A stretch of DNA of 63,608 nt, the filler included, from Reclinomonas americana ATCC 50394 (lineage: Eukaryota), in assembly GCA_048213135.1 (NCBI GenBank). It is 6 parts of 2 records of this genome, joined end to end, with 100 filler letters (N's around TTAATTAATTAA, not from the genome) between each part and the next. Parts side by side here need not be neighbours in the genome. Positions count along the whole stretch, not along the records: positions 22,509 to 39,293 come from PS015030.1; positions 39,394 to 49,285 come from PS015030.1; 4 more parts are not named here. One strand, 5' to 3'. Positions 25,580-39,494 of the stretch are shown here, piece by piece (positions within the stretch are counted from its first letter, which is position 1; every line of letters begins with the position of its first letter). Position numbers and translations under genes: made by a program. Below the pieces are notes generated by a model. That model made no database searches and was not told the origin of the DNA. It was given only the letters and a program-made list of their open reading frames with translations.

Positions 25580-27129
25580 GAAGGAAGGAGAGAGAGGAGG
25601 AGAGNNNNNNNNNNNNNNNNNNNNNNNNNNNNNNNNNNNNNNNNNNNNNNNNNNNNNNNNNNNNNNNNNNNNNNNNNNNNNNNNNNNNNNNNNNNNNNNN
25701 NNNNNNNNNNNNNNNNNNNNNNNNNNNNNNNNNNNNNNNNNNNNNNNNNNNNNNNNNNNNNNNNNNNNNNNNNNNNNNNNNNNNNNNNNNNNNNNNNNNN
25801 NNNNNNNNNNNNNNNNNNNNNNNNNNNNNNNNNNNNNNNNNNNNNNNNNNNNNNNNNNNNNNNNNNNNNNNNNNNNNNNNNNNNNNNNNNNNNNNNNNNN
25901 NNNNNNNNNNNNNNNNNNNNNNNNNNNNNNNNNNNNNNNNNNNNNNNNNNNNNNNNNNNNNNNNNNNNNNNNNNNNNNNNNNNNNNNNNNNNNNNNNNNN
26001 NNNNNNNNNNNTGCTAGCGAGGTGATGGTCGCGGCACGGCTGGCCACCTGCTTGAATTCGGTGACGGCGTCCACAAACACCATGTTTTCCACGCTGCGGT
26101 GGTGGGGTAAGAAGATGGGGAGGGGGGAACAGGAAAGGAAGACGGAAGGGGGAGAGCGAAGGGGGACGGGTGAGGGGAAGGAGAGGGGAAGGAGATGGAA
26201 AGCGAAGGGGGAAGACGGAAGGGGAAGACGGACGGGAGAAGACGCAAGGGCGGAGACGGAAGGGGGAGGTGGAAGGGGGAAGACGAAAGGGGGAAGACGG
26301 AGGAGGGAGACAAAGGGGGAAGACGGAGGGAGGAAGACTGAAGGGGGAAGACTGAAGGGGGAAGACTGAAGGGGGAGGATGAAGGGGGAGGATGAAGGGG
26401 GGAAGACGGAAGGGGGGAAGACGCAAGGGGGAAGATGGAAGGGCGGAAGACAGAAGAAGGGAGACAGACAGGTGGGGACGATGGGGAAGAGAGTGAAAAG
26501 GACGGTGATCGGCGAGTACGCAACTTGAACTCCCTGACGAGATGCTCACGGAACGCCGCACGAATTCGTGGTCTCGACATCTGCATCGACAGTGAGCCCA
26601 TGCGTCGCCTTGTATGACCACGCGCCAGGACGTAACGACGAATGAGAAGGACTCGACATTGCCGATCTCGGCCGCGGTGGCCAGCGTCTGCAACGACTGT
26701 CGGTTGCGCCATGCTTCGAGCACGGAAAAGTACATCGGCACGAGCAAGGAGCCCTGGATGAAAGCAAAATCGAGCAACTCCTGTGCAGCGCGTTTGAGGG
26801 TGGCATGCGAAGGAGAAGAGCATCGAGAAGGGAACACAACTGCAGCGAACTCGATTTTGGGGAGCAGGTGATTGGCGGAGAGCATAATGATAGCGGTGAG
26901 TGGAACCGCTGTCAGCCCCGACATGACGGCCATCGCAACCAACTCGCGCGTCACTGTGCGTTTCACGCAGTCGATGAGAACCGACAAGACAAGAAACGCA
27001 GTCAAGGCTCCTCCCACTCGACGCCAGAACCTCTATTTCCACGGTCCTTCAGTCTCTCGTTCGTTCCCTCTGTCTTTCCTCTCAATGCACTCTCTCCTCA
27101 GTTCGTATCTCACTCTTCCCGTCGCTCTC

Positions 27130-27160
<31 letters not shown>

Positions 27161-27295
27161 ATTCCTCTCTGCCACTCACTTCTTTTCTACTTCTCTTTCT
27201 ATATATGCCTCCCCACTCACTCTCTTTGTCTGTCTCTCTCTCAATGCACTCTTTCCTCAGTTCGTACCTCACTTCTCCCGTCACTCTCCTCCTTT

Positions 27296-27338
<43 letters not shown>

Positions 27339-28181
27339 NNNNNNNNNNNNNNNNNNNNNNNNNNNNNNNNNNNNNNNNNNNNNNNNNNNNNNNNNNNNNN
27401 NNNNNNNNNNNNNNNNNNNNNNNNNNNNNCGCTCCTCCAGCGCCTCCTCGCTCGACCCTGACGTTCTCTCTGTGCGCCTCCTCGCCGAGTCCATCGTGGA
27501 GACGTTTTTCGTGGAGGGCGCGGAGCAAGAACTCAACCTCCCGCACGACATCTCACAGGTATTTGCTGCCTCCGTCGTCGTCATTACCACCCTCTTTCCC
27601 TGTTCGCTCACTGTGCCCCTCGCAGCATGTGCTCTTGTCGGCTGCCGAGGACCCACTCAGCGAGTGGTGGATCAGCTGCGAACCTCCAGAAGAGTATTCG
27701 GTGCCCTTCCACGTGCTGGCAGCTTCCACCACGCGTCGATCGACTCGTGACGTGCCGCTTTCGGAGGGCGACCCCTTCCCCTCCATTTTCGATCGCGCCC
27801 TTGTGCACATTGTCCACATTATGGTTGGATCGGACATGCCTTTTGTTCTTCTCCCTCGCCCTTCTCCTCACAAGAACAAACTCTTCGCAGCGCGTGGACT
27901 CGTTCCGTCGGTTCCAGCAGACCGACATCTGCAAGCGCCTGTCCAGCGAGGACGAGCAGATGGTGCTTCAGGCCTCCCATGCCGGCCTCCTGGCGCACTC
28001 GTCATCCTCGCGCTCGTCGCCCCACGCCGGACCGTCGTTTTCCACACGCGCGCAGGCCCCACAACCGTCCATGTATAGTACCGCGAGCGGCGGCACCGCG
28101 ACCGCTGCACAATCCACGCATAATCAACCACCACCGCCACCGTCACCACCTCCCTTGGCCTACGATGGCAGTCGATTTTAA
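22630..28181 (+). CDS. 7TM-RGS protein (seven-transmembrane domain fused to an RGS box); exons in 26012-26953 lie on the opposite strand in this assembly
   Basis: MTLDCQ...FFAAMYAVFAVMAALFLW-LILQHRRRDYMRARSHVLL...RVPCG...SPILRALRL...IWLRNVHDAFN-VTRELVAM...; RGS motifs FREHLVREFNVENMVFVDAVTEFK, IVETFFVEGAEQELNLP, IFDRALVHIVHIM-RVDSFRRF. Confidence 0.85.
23195..23960. repeat. Two degenerate intronic minisatellites (~60-bp and ~130-150-bp units)
   Basis: ACTCGAGCTTGTTCTCT..TGGGCTCAGTGAGGTCT x3, and recurring GTGGCATTCGCCCTCTCCGTTTGCTTCTCT. Confidence 0.7.
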
Positions 28182-28234
28182 TTAAATAGCTGCAGGCATA
28201 ATCATCTCGCACAATTCTGTTCTACTTTTGTTGC

Positions 28235-31898
<3,664 letters not shown>

Positions 31899-32884
31899 GT
31901 TGAGAATGAGTGTGTGAGAGACAATGACCCCATACCAGTTTTTCGGAGTATTTCCCGCGCATTTTTGACTGTGTTCGGGTTTTGTTTCGCGCCAAGATAG
32001 TCTAGCGTGGAAACGGCATTTGCAAAATGGTCATGTTTGTGGTCAGGAAGCAGATACGATGAAAGGCGCAGAAAAACTAGGTCACGATGGCGAGAAATGC
32101 AAGAAATGGCGGAACTCCGATATCAGTGTTCATGCGCAACCGCGTGCAAAATTATACTGCACATGTGCACTTGCATCATTGACACCATGTCTATCTTCTC
32201 CTTCTCTTTCTTTGGAGCCCAGTGAATGGCCATAATAAGGCGAGGCCGAGGAGGAGGCGCCTGCCACAGGGCCCACATCGCTGTTGACGGTGCCTGAGGC
32301 GAGAAGGGCGTCGCCTTCTCCTCCGTGTCGCGCGTATGCCATGTTTGAAGAGACAAAAGCGAGACAAAGAGCACTGACCCCAGTTTTTCGGAGTATTTCC
32401 CGCGCATTTTTTGTGTTCGGGTTTCTTCGCGCCAAGATGGTCTAGCGTGGAAACGGCATTTGCAAAGTGGTCATGTTTGTGGTAAGGAAGCAGATACTGT
32501 GAAAGGCGCAGAAAAACTATGTCACGATGGCGAGGAATGCACGAAACGGCGGAACTCCGATATATATCGGTGTTCATGCGCAACTGCATGCAAAATTATA
32601 CTGCACATGTGCACTTGCATCACCTATCTCTATCTCTATCTACTCCTTCTCTTTCTTTCGAGCCCAGCGAACGCACATAATAAGGCGAGGCCGAGGATGA
32701 TGCTCCGGTCACTGCTGTTGACAGCTCCTCCTCCACCATGTTTGCAAGAGAGTTTATTTGCGATCGTGCACATGCTATCAATTGTTCCCAATGAATGAAG
32801 ACCACGGAGTCTGACGAATACCCTACGCGTCTTGCATCGCATTTTGATTCGAGCAGCTCTGCCTTCGCACATCCGGCCGACAGC

Positions 32885-35800
32885 CTACTGACTCGCCAGA
32901 GTCGGATCAGGCAACTCTGGGTGGAACTTGCGCATAGTGTCCCACATGGCCACTGTGGGGTTTCATCGCACACGTCAGACAGTGCTGCGCTTTCCGCACG
33001 CAGCAGCAGCAGCATCACACGTACCTCGCAGATCGTGTGCATTCAGTGCACGAATGTCGCTCTCGAAACGGAAATCCTCCTGAATGCTTTGCGGCGGGTG
33101 CACGATTTGCTGCAACAACAAGGCCACGTGAGAGAAAGCGCGTTGCGTGCACCATCGTGGAAACCTCTCACGCAACATCGACAGTGACCGCACGAATCGG
33201 CTCAAAGTACGGGTGCGCCAGCACCTCCTCCAGGGTGATGCGGTCGTCGGGGATGAACTGCGAGGCACGGATGAGGAAGCGGAGAGGGGAAGGGAGAGGG
33301 AACGGCAGACCAACTTTTAGAATCTTGGAGATGAGGTCCACCACTGCAGAAAAAGCAGTGTGAGCAATCTGACAAGACGATTGGAGTGGTATGCCCGCTG
33401 CACGCACCATCTGGTGGGCATCCGGGAAGCACAGTGAACCAGTCCACCGGCTGCGTCATCACTTGGCGTCGGAACCAACTCTTGATGGCGTTCGCCTCGT
33501 TGCCTTCTGCGTGCTCCTCAACCCACGCCAGTGTGCGCTCGTCAAAGCCGATGGTGCGCATGATTTCCAGCAGCTGGCCGGTCTCTGTGAAGCGAGGTGA
33601 GAAGCAATAGAGAGACAGAGGGAATTCATTCAAAGACACTCACCACTACGACTGTGGAACACGGGCGTGAAAATGTCCTTGCCTGCGGAAAGGACTGCAT
33701 GTGAATACGCTGGCTCACAAATCTATATGAGAACACCAGTGCGCACCAGACGGCGTGGTCTGCGGTGCAGTTCGCGGGTGAGCAAGACAATCAAAAGAGA
33801 GGGAGCAACCGGGGTCGTATCACCGCACCGTCAACTTGTGCGTGTTGTACATGCGCGCGAGAATGCAGCCTGGTGAAGAAAGAGTGGTGAGTGGGAGAGA
33901 GAATGAGAGAGACAGAGAGGAGAGAGAATGAGAGAGACAGAGAGGAGAGAAAGTGACGGAGAGCGATGAGAGAGAGAGAGTGAAAGAGACAGAGGCAGGG
34001 GAGAAGGGAGAGAGAGGCAAGAGAGAGAGCGCGAGGAAGGAGAGGCAAGAGAGAGATAGAGAGAGAGAGACGATAAGAGAGATAGATGGCGAGAGAGAGA
34101 GAGAGAGAGAGAGAGAAGAAAGAAAGAAGGAAGAGAAGAGAGAGAGTGAGAGACAGGGAGAAGACAGTGTGAGTGTGAGGTGAGAGAAGCGGAAGGATAC
34201 GAGCACGTTGTGACCCTGGAAGTACACCACTCACCAAAGCTCCACAGGTCGGGTATCTCGAGGAACGAATACGCACAATAGTCAGCGATGCGATCACATA
34301 GATTGGGAGGGTGGATCACATATCTCGGTGATCATACGAGGTTCGGGCGAGCACCTCAGGAGCTCCTGTCGTTGACTGATCAGCATGCTTGACAGCACAG
34401 TATAACCAACAGAAAGACGCAACGATACGTGAGTGACTGCACATTCATGGTCTTGTCGCCGCCACCGCTGGCCAGCAACACACGCGACAGTCCCAAGTCG
34501 CACAGCTGCGTCGCACAAGTCAACATCCGCATCAATTGAAGCTCGCTTGCTCACAAATGCACCTTGGCACCGAGCCTTCCGTCGTCGCGCGTAAACAGCA
34601 AGACGTTCTTCGGTGCCCTGAACGCAGAGTCAGAACAAAGTCATTCCCCGAGTCGAAAATCGAAAAACGCAACAAGTCACGGTGGAGAACGCTGGCGTCT
34701 CGCAGGAAGAGAAGTGCATTCGCAATGTCGTACATGATGCTGCGACGATTAAACTCGCTCGCCTCGTCTTCGGGGCCGGCAAAGCAGTGCGGACCAATCG
34801 ACCTGCCGATGGAATTGTTGAGCGCAGCGATACAGGAGATAGACAAACAACCACGCAACTCCTCGAGAGCACCGCCATCGACGAGCTCGGAGACGATGAA
34901 CACTTCGGTAAAGTCCTCGAAGCGAGGGCTCGGTGGCTTGATATCGATGAGGCGAATGATCTGCAAAGGGACGTGAGTGCGAACAAGCGATTGGGAGAAT
35001 GAGTGCAGGGCAGGCGGAACGTTAGGGTGGAAAATGCTGGACAGGAGTCGCAGCTCGCGCAGCATGCTGTGCGGAAGCAGAGTGAGCAGATATGGAAAAA
35101 TAGCATGCATGGGTAAGATACTCTCACCGCAATGCGTAGATCTTCTCCGCAGGGTGCCTGCCATGGGGAGAAATGGAGAGTGAGTGCTGTGAACGATGTG
35201 AGCAGGTGGGTGACGATTTACCCCAGGTGCAGCGACGCTCGCTGCGAGTGCGTGCACAACAAGGTGAGCGACAAGCGGAGAAGAAGCATATTGGCGACAG
35301 CGATGCATACCTTGATGGCAACCTCGAGTCTGCCGACGCAGCACAAGGTGAGCGGGTGATTTCAATACGACAACAGAGCGAACAAAACAAACCTGCCACG
35401 ACGGCACTGCCCGTCTATGAGGAGAGACAAGAAGACGGTGAGTGAGAGGAGTGAAGGGAAGGGAAGGCAGCCATGGAAGCAAAGACGGAAACGGAGACGG
35501 CAAGTGAGGAGAGAAGAAAGGGATGATAATGGAGAGGTACACGCAGGTACAAGCTGCAGAATAGGAGAGCGCAGCGACAAGAGACGGGTTGCGTGAGTGA
35601 GACAGTGACACACGGAGAGAGAGTGAGGAGACGAGAGAGAGAGCGTGGGAGAGAGGGAGGGAGAGAGAGAGGGAGAGACTGTGAGAGACAGTGACGCTGA
35701 GAGAGAGAGAGAGAGGGATAGACGACAGGATGTGTGTCAAGTGGCGACTTGTGTGCGCGAGATAGTGGCAGAGAGAGGGGGGAGGGAGGGAGAGACAGCG

Positions 35801-35934
35801 GGAGAGCGAGAGAGACGGCGGGAGAGGGAGGGGAGAAGGGAGGGAGAGATTGTGGTGCAGACACAGAATGACAGACAACGAGTGAACGAGACAGAGATGC
35901 TGAGATGAAGACACAAACAGCTGTCAGCGGCGAC
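32885..35934 (-). CDS. CMGC/MAPK-like Ser/Thr kinase, atypical; 5' part in or beyond the gap
   Basis: VAIK, MLRELRLL..IFHPNIIRLIDIKPP..FEDFTEVFIVSEL, VLHRDLAPKNVLL, LCDLGLSR, YRAPEVL..YDHRADLWSFGCIL, QLLEIMRTIG, FIPDDRITLEEVLAHPYF, ...RKFHPE. About 19 introns. Confidence 0.85.
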
Positions 35935-37674
35935 NNNNNNNNNNNNNNNNNNNNNNNNNNNNNNNNNNNNNNNNNNNNNNNNNNNNNNNNNNNNNNNNNN
36001 NNNNNNNNNNNNNNNNNNNNNNNNNNNNNNNNNNNNNNNNNNNNNNNNNNNNNNNNNNNNNNNNNNNNNNNNNNNNNNNNNNNNNNNNNNNNNNNNNNNN
36101 NNNNNNNNNNNNNNNNNNNNNNNNNNNNNNNNNNNNNNNNNNNNNNNNNNNNNNNNNNNNNNNNNNNNNNNNNNNNNNNNNNNNNNNNNNNNNNNNNNNN
36201 NNNNNNNNNNNNNNNNNNNNNNNNNNNNNNNNNNNNNNNNNNNNNNNNNNNNNNNNNNNNNNNNNNNNNNNNNNNNNNNNNNNNNNNNNNNNNNNNNNNN
36301 NNNNNNNNNNNNNNNNNNNNNNNNNNNNNNNNNNNNNNNNNNNNNNNNNNNNNNNNNNNNNNNNNNNNNNNNNNNNNNNNNNNNNNNNNNNNNNNNNNNN
36401 NNNNNNNNNNNNNNNNNNNNNNNNNNNNNNNNNNNNNNNNNNNNNNNNNNNNNNNNNNNNNNNNNNNNNNNNNNNNNNNNNNNNNNNNNNNNNNNNNNNN
36501 NNNNNNNNNNNNNNNNNNNNNNNNNNNNNNNNNNNNNNNNNNNNNNNNNNNNNNNNNNNNNNNNNNNNNNNNNNNNNNNNNNNNNNNNNNNNNNNNNNNN
36601 NNNNNNNNNNNNNNNNNNNNNNNNNNNNNGAGTGAGTGTGAGAGTGATTGAGAATGAGTGAGTGAGTGAGTGAGTGAGTGAGTGAGAGAGTGTGAGAGTT
36701 AGAGTAAGAGTGAGTGAGTGAGTGAGTGAGTGAGTGAGAGAGAGAATGAGTGAGAAGAAAGAGAAGAGAGAGAGAGAGAGAGAGTGAGGAGGAGGGGTTT
36801 GCACACACGCACCATGTCGACCTCGTGTGCCATATCTGCCTCCTCTGCTCTCCCCTTGAGACTGTATGTGTGAGTGACTTTTGTGAGGGACGCACTCACT
36901 CTTCGTGTCCCGCCGATACATTGCAAGGAATTCCGAACACACTCTCCTCTCCATGCATGCAGGCGCTTGTGTGCCACCGACAACAAAGGTGCACGTGGTG
37001 TATGCTGCTGCATGGCGATGGGCTGCCCTGACGGAGTTGCCAGAAAGAGAGACAAGGCTGATATCGCAATACTAGAAGTGCTTGCAATTGCAAGTCTTGG
37101 AAGGTCATTGAGCGCTGCGCTGCAGCCAAGCTTGATGGAGAGTTTTATCCAAACATCTCAGACAAACGCGTGGCCAACCTTCCTGGCAGCAAAAGGGTGT
37201 CGTGGTTCTTTTTAGATATCAACAGAGCTGCAATGCAGAAGGTAATTAGTGTTTCGCCCACAGGGTACAAGCGATCAGAAGCAGCAGCCTTGATGACCAA
37301 GTTCAACCGTATCCAACACGATATGTGCACGGCAGTGCAAGATGTCGTTCCTTTCAAGAGGAAAAGTTAGGAAAAGAGAAAGAGCGGGCGAAGACAGGAG
37401 TGCGGGAAGGAAGGACGATTCTTGGAGGGATGAGAACAAGGAGAGCGAACGGGAGAAAAGAAGGTTTGGGAGAGAGGTCGCAAGTGGATGCCATCTGTTG
37501 CGTGCGCGTGTGCCCAGTGAAAGAGTCATCATCTTGTCACAAACCAAACTATTGAAAGCAAGTACACCATGATGAAGGCCTTGTTCGCACCATCACGCTC
37601 TTCACTCCTTCTCAAATCAAAACCACACTTCCCATCTTCGCGCGCGTGCGTTCTACCTCCTCCCCCTCTCTCAC

Positions 37675-39058
37675 TTACGGCGTGTAGCTGATGCGATAGA
37701 TCTCGCCTGCGTAGCAAAGCATATGAGTTCCTCTTCCACCACCCCCTCCACAAACACTGGCGTGCACACACTCACCACGGCGATCGTTGGACACCAACAT
37801 CGATCCGTCGTCGAGGATCTCCACGTCCACCGGACGGCCCCATGCCAGGTTGTTCTGGTAGATGAACGGACCGGCAAAGGTCTCGTAGCCCGTGGCCTTG
37901 CCTGCGCACCCCGATACTAAGTATCACAGAGCCCCGTACGAGAAGCGCATCATGAAACGCAACCGCTGTCGGTCGGCACAAAGGCAATGCTGTATCCGCG
38001 GAGCGTATCCGAGTTCCAGCTGCCGTGCTGCGCAATGAATGCGCCGTGGCGGTAGCGCTCCTCAAAGGAAACGCGCTAAAAAGGGGGCAGAGGGGTGAAT
38101 CCATCATCACGCAATATATACAACATCACCAACACGCATACCTCGGAGAAACGAATGCCCAGCGAGGCGACGTCTACACGCACAATTCTTAGTCAGACGA
38201 GGAGGCGATAGAGAAAGAGAGGCAACATGACGCAACGAGCTCCCAGGGGCATGGCGGCACCAATGTAGCCGTTGCAGTTGCCGGCCAGGTTGAACTCCGG
38301 GTCGACAATGTCTGTGCAGGCATGCTCAGTCACTCCTGCACTCTCACCGCCTGTCTCTGCTTCTCTCTGCTCACCAACGCCATAGCAGAACGGGTAGCCA
38401 AAGCTCGGCGGACTCTTCAGGCCAGACGGCACGTGGTTCAGCTCATCCTGCAGAGAAAGTGAGTCGCCTGCCACATTGGCGCTCCCTTCTCCCCCTCGCA
38501 CAACACGCACAGGCGGGCGATCCGAGTGATCGGGGTCAAAATTGTCGCGGCCATTCTCGGTGAACCACAAGTCGCCATTGAAGGGATCAAAATCAATGCC
38601 GAGGCTGTTGCGCGTGCCCGTCAGCACCGTCTCCAACACGGCCGTGGAATTGTCCGGGTTGAAGCTGTGCGAGGGGACATGAGCCAGAGGAGGGAGCATG
38701 AGTCACATCCCTCTTTCTATCGTTCACGAACCGCATGATGCGGCTGAGGTTCTGGATGGGACCCGGCGCCTTTCCGTCGCGGCAAGCCACGCAACCGGCA
38801 AACTTGTCGCAGGCGGGCGTGCCGACCAGCAGGCACGTGCAGGTGCCGTCGACAGGATCGTTCGGCGTGTTGCACGGGGCGCCCATGGCCACGTACAGGT
38901 TCGGGTCGGCGGGGAAGCGGTGGTTGGAGCGGATGTAGCTGCGCGGTGAAGGGGGGAAGGAGGAAAAGAGTGTGGGTGAGGGGGAGGGGGAGGAGGAAAG
39001 GGAAGCAAGTGCGCACCGCCAGCCGTGCCACGTCGGGTCGGGTACCACAGTTGCCGCG
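37675..39058 (-). CDS. PQQ-dependent glucose/L-sorbosone dehydrogenase family protein (3' part)
   Basis: HGWRYI...LYVAMGAPCN, GTRNSLGIDFDP..GDLWFTENGRD, PPDELN, FGYPFC, HVASLGIRF, FIAQHGSWN, WGRPVDVEILDDGSMLVSNDR..IYRISY*. Confidence 0.9.
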
Positions 39059-39164
39059 CTGCGGTAGAGGTAAAGCGAGGTGGGTCAGTGAGATGACTTG
39101 ACAGGGGGGAGGAGAGGGGGGGAGAGGGCAGGGAGAGAGGGGGAAGAGAGGGGGAAGACGAAGT

Positions 39165-39293
39165 GGGGAAGAGAAGGGGAAGAGTGGGGGGAGAGTGGGG
39201 GAAGAGTGGGGGAAGAGTGGGGGAAGAGTGGGGGAAGAGTGGGGGAAGAGTGGGGGGAAGAGTGGGGGGAAGAGTGGGGGGAAGAGTGGGGGG
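39165..39293. repeat. 11-12-bp G-rich minisatellite (GGGGAAGAGTG)n
   Basis: About 10 copies running into the gap. Confidence 0.85.
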
Positions 39294-39494
39294 NNNNNNN
39301 NNNNNNNNNNNNNNNNNNNNNNNNNNNNNNNNNNNNNTTAATTAATTAANNNNNNNNNNNNNNNNNNNNNNNNNNNNNNNNNNNNNNNNNNNNTCACTCG
39401 TGAATTCTTCTCTCTCTCTCACACTCACACCATTCCACGTCCTTGCAGTCTCCTTTTCTCCTTCTCCCTCTTCTCACTCCTTCCCCCTTTTCAG

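Noticed and set aside
26012-27338. Trans-splicing or gene scrambling to explain opposite-strand exons
   Set aside because: All three inverted blocks are bounded by N gaps, and breaks fall inside exons without splice signals.
36640-37570. Short ORFs on both strands between the kinase gap and the dehydrogenase
   Set aside because: They may hold the kinase's 5' exons, but no frame gives a recognisable motif, so I could not support a model.
39165-39293. Telomeric repeat
   Set aside because: The unit GGGGAAGAGTG is irregular and lies within an intron-like purine tract.
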